A stretch of 64,000 nucleotides of DNA from Candidatus Acidiferrales bacterium (GTDB taxonomy: Archaea > Halobacteriota > Bog-38 > Methanoflorentales > Methanoflorentaceae), in the NCBI GenBank assembly GCA_035624185.1, contig DASPRZ010000063.1:2349-66348 (forward strand), read 5' to 3'. The number at the start of each line of letters is the position of its first letter. Positions within the stretch are counted from its first letter, which is position 1. Below are positions 50,659-61,742 of the stretch, piece after piece. The position numbers and the translations under genes were made by a program. The notes under the pieces were generated by a model that saw only the letters and a list, made by a program, of their open reading frames with translations, did no database searches and had not been told where the DNA came from.

Positions 50659-51759
50659 TTAATCAATCCCACAAGTTTCGCATCCGGCTTCGATATCAGT
50701 CGTCTCTTCAATCTCGCCAGCATATCCCAAGTCAGCTGCGTTGAGGTCATCAAGGCTTGATGTGATTCGCGCCCCCGTGACTTTTGAAATAGTCTCAATG
50801 TCCTCGCGCTTAACGTTCTCGACCGCTAATATATCATTTCGTGCAAAGTGCCACTGTACGAGATCATCGATTCCTTTTTGGCAAAAGACGACATTTGCAC
50901 CGCAATCTCTTATCTTTTCAACTTTTTCTATTAATGCTTCGTGGTCGCGCTCCATAAAGAGTTGCATCTGTGTAGGATCTTTGATTTTTATCTTGGCATC
51001 AGTCTTAGTCTTCTTCAGTTCAAGCGGTTGATCGTATATTAGAATCTTTGCGTCGCAGACTTTTTTCGGCATTCCCTTTGCAGCGCGCTCTTTATCGATG
51101 ACAACCCCTTCGATTAATTCGGAATCATTAATTGAACCACCGACTTTCTTTTCAATCTTGACGTCATCTTCATCGATTATGTATTTGCCTCCAATTTCTT
51201 GCGCTACATATTTTACGGCTTTTACCACCATTCCGGGTAGAAAATCTTTTCCTTCTTCGGCACCTTTTCCGGTAAGCGCAGTTTTTGCTATCTTTTGAAG
51301 AAGCTCATCGTCGTTTATTGAAACCTCTCGTGATAGGGTATTAACGATTTCTACTGCTTTTTCTGCAGCCAAGCCATAGCCCTTTTCGATAATTGTGGGG
51401 TGTATATCTTGTTCTAGCAGCTCTTCCGCTTTTCTTAATAGTTCTCCCGCGAGCACGACTGCTGTCGTTGTTCCGTCTCCAACTTCATCGTCTTGCGTCT
51501 TTGCTACTTCAACCATCATCTTAGCTGCAGGATGTTCAATATCCATTTCTTTTAAAATCGTCGCTCCGTCGTTTGTGATTACCACATCGCCCATCGACTC
51601 AACTAGCATTTTATCCATTCCTTTTGGTCCGAGCGTGGTTCTGACGGCTTCGGCAACTGCCCTGCTCGCCATAAAATTTGTAGACTGGGCATCTTTGCCC
51701 CTCGTCCTTTGAGTTCCCTCTCTTAAAATGAGAATCGGTTGACCACCAATCACTCTCAA
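50659..51759 (-). CDS. thsA: thermosome (group II chaperonin), N-terminal fragment (equatorial-N, intermediate and apical parts)
   Basis: ..[95 protein letters not shown]... The probable start is GTG 51753, 7 nt after GGAGGT. Confidence 0.8.
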   Translation of the reverse strand: MRVIGGQPILILREGTQRTRGKDAQSTNFMASRAVAEAVRTTLGPKGMDKMLVESMGDVVITNDGATILKEMDIEHPAAKMMVEVAKTQDDEVGDGTTTAVVLAGELLRKAEELLEQDIHPTIIEKGYGLAAEKAVEIVNTLSREVSINDDELLQKIAKTALTGKGAEEGKDFLPGMVVKAVKYVAQEIGGKYIIDEDDVKIEKKVGGSINDSELIEGVVIDKERAAKGMPKKVCDAKILIYDQPLELKKTKTDAKIKIKDPTQMQLFMERDHEALIEKVEKIRDCGANVVFCQKGIDDLVQWHFARNDILAVENVKREDIETISKVTGARITSSLDDLNAADLGYAGEIEETTDIEAGCETCGID

Positions 51760-51788
51760 TACCTCCGATTTTAGTAGAGTAGTTGTTC

Positions 51789-51796
51789 TATATAAA
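51789..51796 (-). promoter_or_regulatory. consensus archaeal TATA box (TTTATATA) upstream of the thermosome gene
   Basis: Minus strand reads aaTTTATATAgaac, about 30 nt upstream of the GGAGGT SD and 36 nt upstream of GTG 51753. Confidence 0.4.
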
Positions 51797-52203
51797 ATTT
51801 ATTCTGAACGGTTCTGTAAAGTTGTCGGCTTTTCTTGCCATTATAAAAAACTGTCAAAAATCACGCCTCAAAATTATATTCGATTAAAAAGTAGATTGGT
51901 CGTCATTACTTTGTTGACGAGCGAAGTCATCACAAATTCTCAACATCAATTGGATTGGGCAATCCTACTTTTATAAAGAAATGCGTAAATGATGGAGATA
52001 ACCACCCTCTATTCTATATGGCCGCATTAACTGAAGTCCACGATCATTCTCTCTTTTAATAAAATCAATTAGAAAACGAAGTGGTGTGCCTTATGTATAT
52101 AAAAACAAAACAACGTAATAAGCATCGTTAACAAAGAAAACGTCGACTGGATTTACTTTAATCAAGACTATAGTTTCCAATCCCTTACGGGGAAAAAAAG
52201 TTT

Positions 52204-53397
52204 TTAGCCCTCATTAGTCTCAATTTTTTTAACAAATAACCCGATTATTATGATAGCAGCTATGGACATTATAGCTCCATAGAAGAACGCAAATTGAGGT
52301 CCAAATGCTTGCCAAAGCGTTCCAGCTATCAAGCTCGCAGGTAATGCTACAATACCGATCACAGTATAATATGTTCCAAAGGCAGTTGCCTTAAGAGTTG
52401 TAGGTGCGAGATCTGAAACTAAAGCCTTTGATACCCCATCTGTAAGACCATAGTAAAGTCCGTAAACAGGAAAGAGTATCCACATTAATATTGAAGAGCT
52501 TGCAAAGGCGAATCCAAAATAAGCTAGAGAGAATATACCAAAACCTAAGAGAAGTACTTTTTTTCGATCAATCTTATCTGAGAGAATGCCAAAAGGAAAT
52601 GAGGTTAAGGCATATACAAGGTTAGATGCGAGATATAGTACTGGTATAAATAACGTTGTAATTCCGAGGTTTTGCGCACGTAAAAACAAGAATGCATCAC
52701 TCGAATTTCCGATAAAAAAGAGGCCAAGACCGATGAGCAAGATTTTGAAGTTTCTGTCGAATGATTTAAATGAAATTTGGTACAAGTGAGCGTGTGACGT
52801 TCCGACCACCGTATCTTTCACGAAAAACACTACGAGTAATGTTGCGAAAAGTCCTGGAATAAAGGCTAGCAAAAACAGCCCCCTATAGCTTAAGTAGATG
52901 AAGAGAGACGCTGCGATGAGCGGGCCTATTATTGCGCCTAACGTGTCGAGTGATCGCTGGAATCCAAACGATCTGCCTGCCCCTTTTCCTCCTGATTCAG
53001 AAATTATTGCGTCTCGAGCTGAGTCTCTGACACCTTTTCCAAGGCGGTCGATGAATCTCAGGCCTAGGACTTGTTGCCACGCCGTAGTCAAAGCAAGTAG
53101 GGGTTTTGCTATGGCCGCAATTCCATACCCAGAATATACGAGTGGTTTTCGTTTTCCAAACTTATCCGATACGTATCCTGAAATAATTTTAAAAATGCTG
53201 GCTGTGCTTTCAGCGATACCTTCTATTACTCCTACGTCGATAAACGAAGCACCGAGCACGTTTATAAGGAAAAGTGGAACAAGGGGATAGATCATCTCAG
53301 TGCTCATATCAGCGAATAGGCTTACGACCCCTAGGATTAAAACATTAAAACTGACCCCATATATGAATCTGTCTCTGCTGAACTGTTTTCTTATCAT
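52204..53397 (-). CDS. MFS transporter
   Basis: 397 aa, ~12 TM helices, with a loop 2-3 motif ..G..SD..GKRKP. Confidence 0.8.
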   Translation of the reverse strand: MIRKQFSRDRFIYGVSFNVLILGVVSLFADMSTEMIYPLVPLFLINVLGASFIDVGVIEGIAESTASIFKIISGYVSDKFGKRKPLVYSGYGIAAIAKPLLALTTAWQQVLGLRFIDRLGKGVRDSARDAIISESGGKGAGRSFGFQRSLDTLGAIIGPLIAASLFIYLSYRGLFLLAFIPGLFATLLVVFFVKDTVVGTSHAHLYQISFKSFDRNFKILLIGLGLFFIGNSSDAFLFLRAQNLGITTLFIPVLYLASNLVYALTSFPFGILSDKIDRKKVLLLGFGIFSLAYFGFAFASSSILMWILFPVYGLYYGLTDGVSKALVSDLAPTTLKATAFGTYYTVIGIVALPASLIAGTLWQAFGPQFAFFYGAIMSIAAIIIIGLFVKKIETNEG

Positions 53398-53759
53398 TTT
53401 AATGCATATAAAAGCTTAGTTAATAGTTGAATTTTTTAACGAGTATTTAACAAAGTCTTAAGCTTCGTCTCATATTCTCATACGGATTATGATAATATTA
53501 GAACATTTGAATTTTTGTCTCCTGTTAATTTATTTTAGTGCGTTCGTGAACATACGCGCAGCTTTCTGTATAAACAACAGTAGCTTACAAGTTTACAAAG
53601 ATCTATGGAGGTCCTTCTAGTTTTACAAAGTGTCGTAGCCGTTATTATATTTATAAGAAGTATATTTCGCAGCCGAACGCAAATGATTTAAAGCAATATC
53701 TTATGATACTCTAGTGATCGCGTGTTTGTGGTGGTGGTACCACGTTTGAAATAGAGCGT

Positions 53760-55001
53760 GTGAAAGGTAGGGAAATTCTTGATTCGAGGGGGAATCCCAG
53801 TATTGAGGTGGAAGTTTTCACTGACTGTGGTTTTGGGCGAGCTATGGTACCATCAGGAGCTTCTACTGGAACCTACGAAGCATTAGAGCTTAGAGACAAA
53901 GAGAGTCGATATGGAGGAAAAGGGGTAACGAAAGCTGTTAATAATGTAAATAATATTATCTCTGATTGTATTGTTGGGATTGATGTGCGTGCTCAGAGAG
54001 ATGTAGATAGATCGTTAACTGAGCTAGATGGTACGCCAAATAAGTCTAATCTAGGTGCAAATGCCATTCTTGGGGTTTCAATTGCGGTAGCTCGAGCAGC
54101 GGCTAATTCTATTGACGTTCCACTGTTTCAATACCTTGGTGGTTCAAATGTATATACCCTCCCTGTTCCTGTTATGAATGTTATAAATGGTGGGCGGCAT
54201 GCTGGTAATGAACTCTCAATTCAAGAATTTCACATTTTACCGATAGGAGCAGAAACGTTCTCTGAGGCTCTAAGGATAGGAGTTGAAACATATCACGAAT
54301 TAGAAAATGTGTTGCGAGCACGATATGGGCCTGGAGCAACTAATGTAGGCGATGAAGGAGGATTTGCGCCGTTTCTAACTACAACTTCTGAGGCATTCGA
54401 TGCAATTATGAAGGCAGTAGATGCTGTGGGGTACGATAAGGAAATTAGACTTGGTATGGACTGTGCTGCATCAGAATTTTTTAAAGAAGGTAAATATACA
54501 ATAGACGGGAAAACATTTTCGAATATTGAGCTAATGGATTATTATGAACAGCTCGTAAATAGCTATCCTATAATTCTTATTGAAGACCCATTTGAACAGG
54601 ATAGCTTTGATGATTTTGCACGTTTAACTTCGCGACTTTCAGCAGAGGTCATTGTTGGAGATGACATCTTTGTTACAAATACGGAGCGGCTGGCTAAGGG
54701 GATCGAGATGTGTGCTGCAAATTCACTTCTTTTAAAGTTAAACCAAATAGGCACCATATCAGAAGCATTTGATGCCGCAAATCTCTCTTTTCGGAACGGT
54801 TATTCAGTAGTTGTAAGTCACAGATCTGGTGAAACCGAGGATACTACTATTGCTGATGTCTCGGTAGCTTTAGGTTCTGAATTCATAAAAACAGGTGCGC
54901 CGGCGCGAAGCGATCGAAATGCTAAATACAATCAGTTATTGAGAATTGAAGAGCATCTTGGTGATTCTGCTTGTTATAAGGGGATTATCATGCGTGGGTA
55001 A
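53760..55001 (+). CDS. eno: enolase (phosphopyruvate hydratase); the 5' end is probably mis-framed, see findings
   Basis: ..GREILDSRGNPSIEVEV......VPSGASTGTYEALELRD......SHRSGETEDTTIAD..V......IKTGAP.RSDR.AKYNQLLRIEE. Confidence 0.95.
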   Translation: MKGREILDSRGNPSIEVEVFTDCGFGRAMVPSGASTGTYEALELRDKESRYGGKGVTKAVNNVNNIISDCIVGIDVRAQRDVDRSLTELDGTPNKSNLGANAILGVSIAVARAAANSIDVPLFQYLGGSNVYTLPVPVMNVINGGRHAGNELSIQEFHILPIGAETFSEALRIGVETYHELENVLRARYGPGATNVGDEGGFAPFLTTTSEAFDAIMKAVDAVGYDKEIRLGMDCAASEFFKEGKYTIDGKTFSNIELMDYYEQLVNSYPIILIEDPFEQDSFDDFARLTSRLSAEVIVGDDIFVTNTERLAKGIEMCAANSLLLKLNQIGTISEAFDAANLSFRNGYSVVVSHRSGETEDTTIADVSVALGSEFIKTGAPARSDRNAKYNQLLRIEEHLGDSACYKGIIMRG

Positions 55002-56368
55002 ATGCCTTTTTATGTAGTAGCTAAGCAAATGATACTAGAATGACTTGTGTTTTGTGCATCTAGGAGGACTCTCCATTTGTGTTAAAAAATCCAATTTTGG
55101 CAGTAATACGACCTAACGTGTGGTTTCACTCTCATGAACCCTGGTCTAGGGTCACATACGAAGATCCTTAAATGCTATAGAACCGCTTATGCCCGATGAA
55201 ATTAAGTGGAAGGCGAATATAATTTTCGCTCCAGAATTTTGCATGGATGCAGCTGTTGTATAAATCTCTCTGCCATGGAAAACACTTCGGTGATACTTAG
55301 ATTTTGCAAATGAGCATAATACTAACATTGCCGCGTCGTCTTATATTCGAGATGAGAAAGTGACAAACGTAACGATGTTGTGTTTATCAATACGGAAGGC
55401 GAAGTTATAGAATCCTCAGGCAAAAAACAACTTTATTGTATAGATTACAACTTAGGCAAGGCAAAGAGAAACATTGAGTTCCCGTTTTCAAAACTGATTG
55501 TTGGAATGCAGCTTTCGGAGTTTATGAAGACATGGATAACTTCTTTGCAGGGCTTATTTCAAGGCTCCTCGAGGCCTAAATTTTAGTGATTTCCTCACGC
55601 AAGACAGCCCCTCCATTTTGCAAATTATGTTATAGTCGCTCAAGCGATGTTAGTTAAATGCACTTTTTGAAGCTGCAATGGGTGACAGACGTCACTCTTT
55701 AGCACAACTGTTTTCTGCGGCCGAAACTTGATTTGAATCTACGACCAGCAAATGATCTCCGTGATGTAGAATTTATTAAGAGATTTCATTTGCAAAGAAG
55801 ACTTTTCTAGCAAATCAGTTGAAATGCTTAGAGAAAACTTAACGCGAGAAATGAAGTGCTGCATATTCGCGCTGTGAAATGCTTTTTGCAGATTATATAC
55901 GCTATATTGCACATATTCTGTTGCTGTTGGTAAGAGAATCGCGAGGCTAACTTATGATATAGATCAGGGAGCAGTCGAGCCGTCTAGTCAAAGTGAGGTT
56001 GAATGTATATCTAATCCCAAACTTAGTGAGATTGACACAATCCTCAAGAATGACAATCCGTCGAGTCGAGCGAGGTCTGAGCTCTCGCGGTTCTTTTGAT
56101 GTAGCAGTTGCTGATCTTGAAGCTTTGTTAAGATTTCCGAACTATTTAAAAAAGCTGTAATTTTTATCCATTATTTGGTTCACTTATTTTATCTTCAAAT
56201 TATATTCATATGTTGTCTGTCACGTTCTCAATGAATAGTAAATGTAACTCGTAAAAGATTCGAATTTAGATGGCTCGTTGACACTAATTAATTGCCACTT
56301 GATGCTTTTACTTTTCATACGAGACTACAATGGGTTTATAAAATTTTATCGATACCTCAATAATTAAT

Positions 56369-57331
56369 TTGAGAAAGAGTATGTTTCGATTTGTGACGTT
56401 AACAAAACACTTAACTATTGCATCGTACTTTCATGTTCTATTACTAAGTGTCGATCTTGGGATTCTTATGTCAATTATAGTCAAGCTTTTGATTACGGTA
56501 TTGCTATTAAGTTGTATAATTATGCCAGTGAAGGCAGAGCCGGTGTACGTCAAGACGGCTGTGATAGACAATCACACAATAGAGGTTTCAATAAAAAATT
56601 TTGGGGCAATGCCAAGCACAAAAGTGGATATACTTGTTGTTGATAAGTATGGATATCTAATGTACAAAGGGTCACGCAGCGTAACATTTAGTCAAAATGA
56701 ACAGAAGGATATCTTTTACACAATCCCAGATCTACCTTTTGGTAGATATTCTGTACAAACGTACATATACAAAGATACAAACTCTGCTATCCAGCCAACT
56801 TATTATTACGATTGGAACGCAGCGGTGCTCTCCATCGAAGCGCAACCATCTCCGTCTCCGTTAGCAAGTTCTCCAAAAAGTTCACCATCACCATTACCGA
56901 CAACAAGCACACCACTCGTGAGTAATTCAACGTCACCTACAGGTACAGAAAATGCAACGACAATAGGTATCCCACTTTCGAACTCTTCAAATGTTACTGA
57001 ATTTGAAGGAAACTCAAGGGGGGGTCTTGCAATCCCGACGTGGATGTTTGTAATTTTTCCAATAATTGCTCTCTTTGCCCTTGCATTATTCCTTTTGTTT
57101 AACGAAAGTAGTCAAAATAGATATACTACGATAGAAGATCGCGAAGATCGTTATAGAAGGTCGGGCATAATAACAGATGAGGTTCGAATCAGATCTGCAC
57201 AAAAAACTCGAGTTTCGATCAATGATGACGAAAGTGCATTAACCGAAAACAATGATGGCAGTCCGGGTGAAGCTAGTAACTCTAGATTCACCAAAGTACC
57301 GATCGAAGACTCTGAATTTGAAGAAGAATGA
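56369..57331 (+). CDS. type I membrane/surface protein: signal peptide, Ig-like beta domain, Ser/Pro/Thr linker with N-glycosylation sequons, TM helix, acidic cytoplasmic tail
   Basis: The likely real start is ATG 56468 (MSIIVKLLITVLLLSCIIMPVKA/EP). Linker PSPSPLASSPKSSPSPLPTTSTP..NST..NAT..NSS..NVT, TM helix WMFVIFPIIALFALALFLLF, then a ~75-aa tail. Confidence 0.65.
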   Translation: MRKSMFRFVTLTKHLTIASYFHVLLLSVDLGILMSIIVKLLITVLLLSCIIMPVKAEPVYVKTAVIDNHTIEVSIKNFGAMPSTKVDILVVDKYGYLMYKGSRSVTFSQNEQKDIFYTIPDLPFGRYSVQTYIYKDTNSAIQPTYYYDWNAAVLSIEAQPSPSPLASSPKSSPSPLPTTSTPLVSNSTSPTGTENATTIGIPLSNSSNVTEFEGNSRGGLAIPTWMFVIFPIIALFALALFLLFNESSQNRYTTIEDREDRYRRSGIITDEVRIRSAQKTRVSINDDESALTENNDGSPGEASNSRFTKVPIEDSEFEEE

Positions 57332-57827
57332 ATTTATAACTTTAATGATGCTCTTTAGAACTGTATATACAACTGATTTTTTGTCGCTTCAGCTCATAAA
57401 CTAGACATACTAACTAGCGAAACCTGCTCCAAATCTAAAGAAACAGAAACTTTGCGCAAATGAATGTAAAATATTAGTTGATGGTTCGAATGAGAGAATG
57501 ATATTATACCTCGAGCAACATACTTGTTTTGACATATTTTGAAGATTGTTCGGCTCATCTAGAGAGTTATTTAAAGATGTAACAGCACGTAGCTACTGAA
57601 AGAGAGAGTATACATGACCAAAATAGGTTTTAAAATTAAAAAAAATAGGAACACTTCTAAAATTTTGTCAAATTTGTTGGAGTAAGTTGCATAATTATGC
57701 TTTTTAATTATGCAATAAGCTAATTGTTGCCCTTATTTTTCAAAAAAATTAGCCACTGAACCACATTCAAATTAAACGTTTAATCACGTATTAAAAGAAT
57801 AGACAATTCTTTAGTGTTTGTCATTTT

Positions 57828-58073
57828 TTAACTTCGTTTTATACCACAGTAAAATGATCGTTCAAGCGAATCGATCTCCATTAAAGATTTGCAGTCGAGA
57901 TTTTTTAATGCCATCTTTACGTTGCTAGGACTGTAATTAGAATTACCATAAAGTATAGACGTGAGTCGTTCGATCTTTTCATTGCTCTCTTGGTTTGTTT
58001 TTTCTACGTTCGATAGTATCCATTTAATTTCAGATCGGCACAATTCCCATTCTTCTGTATTCAAGCTAACCAC
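57828..58073 (-). CDS. small hypothetical protein (81 aa)
   Basis: Isolated ORF in an AT-rich spacer. Its composition looks protein-like, but I recognise no motif. Confidence 0.3.
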   Translation of the reverse strand: MVSLNTEEWELCRSEIKWILSNVEKTNQESNEKIERLTSILYGNSNYSPSNVKMALKNLDCKSLMEIDSLERSFYCGIKRS

Positions 58074-58673
58074 CGTGAATTTAAAGATTTATGTATTCAT
58101 ACTAGATGTCAAACATATAAAAGACACTGATAATTTAAATGGCCACGTCTTAAGGCATTTTTTGGGACAATATGAAGTCGATTTTTAAACTCGAACTATC
58201 TAGGGTATGTACCAGTTAAGATTAACAGTAATGCTCTTTAAGTAACTACAGTTCCAGACAACTATTATTTAAAAATCTCAATTGCGTTTTTGAAAAAGCT
58301 TCTGCGTACGGATTAGCGAGGACGATAAAACCGACTTGAGCTTCTAAAGATTAACAATTGGATACACGCGTACAAAAAAATTGTTATACTTGGAGGACTT
58401 GATACAATCTCATTAAGTAATAAAAGTCAATATACTCATGGCTTAGGCATTAGAAACCTGAATTTATACATCGAGGTAAGATACGTTAATAAACATAATT
58501 TCTTCGGCTACAAGCTCGTCTGCACAGATCTTATTAGTTTTGACCTTGCCTAGTTCGAATTGTTAAAGATGATCGATCGCAACTTTAAAAATGTAAACTC
58601 TAAAAATATTGCATATAAATAAAAAATATGCGATTATACTGGGCGTTAATCTATTAACTACGCACTGATTGAG

Positions 58674-59708
58674 GTGCAGCATATGTTGAATACATTGTGG
58701 GTCGACAAATACCGGCCTAAATCCTTTAAGGACATAGTAGGCCAGCATCGCGTCAGAGTGCAACTTGAAAACTTGGTAAAGAGTAAAAATCTCCCTAACC
58801 TTTTTTTAAGTGGCCCATCTGGGACGGGGAAAAGTTCGACAGCTGAGGTCATCGCTAGGGAACTTTATAGAGAATCTTGGGATGGAAACTTCATAAAATT
58901 AAACGCTTCTGATGTCTTTGAGGGGGGCAAAAAATATCTTGCAACTACTGAACCATTTTCTCATTTTCACGATGAAAGTAAAGGATTGCTTGATAATTTT
59001 AAGCACTCGATAAATAGAATTGCTGGTATTAGCCCTCTTGGTGCAGAGTTTAGAATATTGTTTATCAACGATGCTGATGCACTTATGGTTGATGCCCAAC
59101 AAGCCTTAAGGAGAATAATTGAACGGTATAATCACACTTGTAAATTTGTTTTTGCAACAAGACGTCCATCGAAAGTCATAGTCCCGATTAGGTCAAGATG
59201 TTTAAATATTCCTTTCAGAAGACTTGAAAGTAACGTTGTTTTTGACTATCTTAAAAAAATTTCTGGTCTTGAAGGTTTCCAAGCATCGGACGAGCTAGCT
59301 TCGGCAGTAACCCATCTCTCGGAAGGAGATCTCAGAAAGGCATTGACAATTTTCCAACTGGTGCAGAAAAATGAAAACGAAGCTAATGACTTAACGGCTG
59401 TTTATGAACTCTCAAAAATCATTCGTGAGCCTGTAATACAGTCTCTGCTCGAACTCCCACTAAATAACGAGCCATTAGAGGCAATAAAAATGCTTGACAA
59501 ACTCTTAGTAAACAATGGTTTCAATGGGCAGGAGATCGTTGAACAACTCAGAAGAAGTGCACGAAGCTCGGGGCTCAATCACGATTTAGTTGCAAAAATC
59601 TTTCAAATTCTTGGAAAGGTTGACTTCAATTTAACTAATTGCTTAAATGAGCGAATTCAACTTGAGGCTCTTATCTTTGGACTCACGATGATAATTTGCC
59701 GTTCATAA
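58674..59708 (+). CDS. rfcS: replication factor C small-subunit paralog (RfcS2-like, divergent ATPase motifs)
   Basis: LWVDKYRPKSF.DIVGQ (RFC box II), GPSGTGKSS (Walker A variant), ILFINDADAL (Walker B with NDAD in place of DEAD), PIRSRC (SRC motif), 344 aa. Confidence 0.8.
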   Translation: MQHMLNTLWVDKYRPKSFKDIVGQHRVRVQLENLVKSKNLPNLFLSGPSGTGKSSTAEVIARELYRESWDGNFIKLNASDVFEGGKKYLATTEPFSHFHDESKGLLDNFKHSINRIAGISPLGAEFRILFINDADALMVDAQQALRRIIERYNHTCKFVFATRRPSKVIVPIRSRCLNIPFRRLESNVVFDYLKKISGLEGFQASDELASAVTHLSEGDLRKALTIFQLVQKNENEANDLTAVYELSKIIREPVIQSLLELPLNNEPLEAIKMLDKLLVNNGFNGQEIVEQLRRSARSSGLNHDLVAKIFQILGKVDFNLTNCLNERIQLEALIFGLTMIICRS

Positions 59709-60722
59709 CGGAATCAATGGATCATAACATAAAGCTCCTCATGTAACGATACGCTTTTATCTTAAAATTCTAAAATTGCGAGCTGTTCATTTCTGACAAC
59801 TTTCAACAAGTTTTGTTTAGCACACTAATTATTGTTGTCGCTTAGATGCATATATCCATTTTTATTTACACTTTTACTCTTACATGTGCACCGCTATGCT
59901 ATCTAGCTAATCACAAAAATAGAATTAACATACATAAAAGAGATGATTACCGTTTATCAAGAGGCAGAATTTGCATCTTCTGAGACCCCGTTTTGCTTAT
60001 AACTCATCGATTTTCAGCGGATTAAACTAAAAGTTTATTCGCGATTTAAGTCTTAATTTTTACTGTTTAATTGCTAACGTTTTCGTTGGTAGAAAAAGAA
60101 TGGTCTGTAGGTTTTTGAGCACTATGTCTTTGCTTCGGAAATGATAATTATGATTAAAGTCGGCTGGCATCCTTTGCACGTTCTCTATTTACGCGTTAAC
60201 CATTCTCTAGTTTTTATAAAGTTTTTCGTTCCAGAGAAGAGGAATTGAGTTTCTTTCAATATTGTAAACACATTTCATAAATGTACTCTGAGAGAGTTAT
60301 AAAGACTTCCTACAGGTATTTAAGTAAAAAATCATTGTGCGTGCCCCCTAAACTGGCGCACGGTATCCACATGACCGGCTCAACATAAAATGACTTGAAA
60401 TATCAGCACTTTGTAATTTTTACCTAATTTGAACTCGTTTTAATTAATGAATTATAAGTTCGTCAACTCTTGCATCTAAAAGTATTATGTTATATCAACA
60501 ACAAGTAGGCGACAAACAATCATGTGTACTCGATTTCACTCTGAAATGCTTTATCTCATAGAAGACATATTTTATTACCGTGCACCACTACGCGCATAGA
60601 AAGATCGAGTGTTATCACTTTATTTCTTACTTTTTTGTCTAACTATTATCAATCTGGGACGACACAAGTTCTAATGATGCACGTAGTTGGTCGGATTCTT
60701 TTCGAATTAAGTTAGAATTATA

Positions 60723-61208
60723 TTAACTGCGGACAACTAATACTGGTACCTTCGAACTGCGAATTATTTTGTCAGCAACACCTCCAATAAGCAGCTTATC
60801 GATTCCTGTACGCCCATGAGTCCCAATTATCACAAGATCAATCAAATGGGTTTCGGCGTAAGAAAGAAGCTCTCTTGCAGGGTGTCCTTCAAGCACTGTT
60901 ACCTTAATTTCATTCTCACTGACGCCAAGAGACATTAAATCCTTTTTCGCGTTCTCTGTTATCTTCTTTCCCGTATCTCTTAACACGTCATACACCGTTG
61001 CCCATGAGGCATTGGTGGGGGCAAAAGTATACCCTGGCAACGTTCCTTCGATCGGCATGGCAGCGTATACTGAATTGTCAATTATATTGACTATATGTAC
61101 AGTTGCGTTTGATAGCAGCGCGAGGTACGCGCAGTGCTCATAGATTTTAGTCATAAGCTTCGTGCCATCAGTTCCAAGTAAAATGTTTTTGTAAAGCATG
61201 CAATTCAC
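60723..61208 (-). CDS. universal stress protein (UspA family)
   Basis: ..ILLGTDGT......A......V.IV.......DL.IIGTHGRTGIDKLLIGGVADKIIRSSKVPVLVVR, 161 aa. Confidence 0.8.
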   Translation of the reverse strand: MNCMLYKNILLGTDGTKLMTKIYEHCAYLALLSNATVHIVNIIDNSVYAAMPIEGTLPGYTFAPTNASWATVYDVLRDTGKKITENAKKDLMSLGVSENEIKVTVLEGHPARELLSYAETHLIDLVIIGTHGRTGIDKLLIGGVADKIIRSSKVPVLVVRS

Positions 61209-61742
61209 CCAGTTAATTTAGCACTGAAACTTTCCCTCCATACTCAGGCAGCAGAATTTCTGTGCCTATTTTTCGATAAACCGCAAATTGACTGTGGTAC
61301 TTTCTTTTATTATTTTAAATAACACATTTGCATTTAAGAAACGCTGCAGAAGTTCGATAGATTTGATCACAGAATCTCATGCATTTCAATATAGTCCTGT
61401 AGATACATATACGAATAGGTTGATCAAAGTCATTGTCAGCTAGTCTAGATCCTGTAGTGCAGGTCCATGTTTCTAAAATTGTAGTTTGCCGACTCTAAAC
61501 TCTAGTGTAGCTGCTGGTCTTGCTGTTTTCGTGTTTTTTTTACACAGTTTAAGCATTCAGCTCGCACTTATAAGATATTTTGTTATAACTCACTTTTTTT
61601 AGGGTAGATAAGTCCCGCTATATGAATTAAGAAGGTCTATTAAGTCTCACATCGATATCGGTTTTACGCTATAACTGTCATTTATGTTATCACTTGTTGT
61701 TAGTACTAACCGCGATTTGATACGATTTCAAAGTGAATGCCA

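Noticed and set aside
50645-50700. Programmed -1 ribosomal frameshift joining the two thermosome ORFs
   Set aside because: There is no X XXY YYZ slippery heptamer at the only position where the two frames overlap (GAT TAA), and I could not identify a downstream stem-loop or pseudoknot. A 1-nt T-run deletion or a genuine split explains the junction more simply.
56369-57331. Surface protein as the substrate of the archaeosortase-family enzyme at 15752
   Set aside because: Its TM helix is followed by a ~75-aa acidic cytoplasmic tail, whereas a sorting signal ends in a short basic cluster at the extreme C-terminus. The gene is also 40 kb away from the enzyme.
57687-57715. Perfect 10-bp inverted repeat (ttgcataatt ..9 nt.. 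aattatgcaa), considered as a MITE/IS terminus
   Set aside because: There is no second copy, no target-site duplication and no transposase nearby. It lies between convergent gene ends and is followed by T-rich tracts, so it is most simply a terminator-type hairpin.
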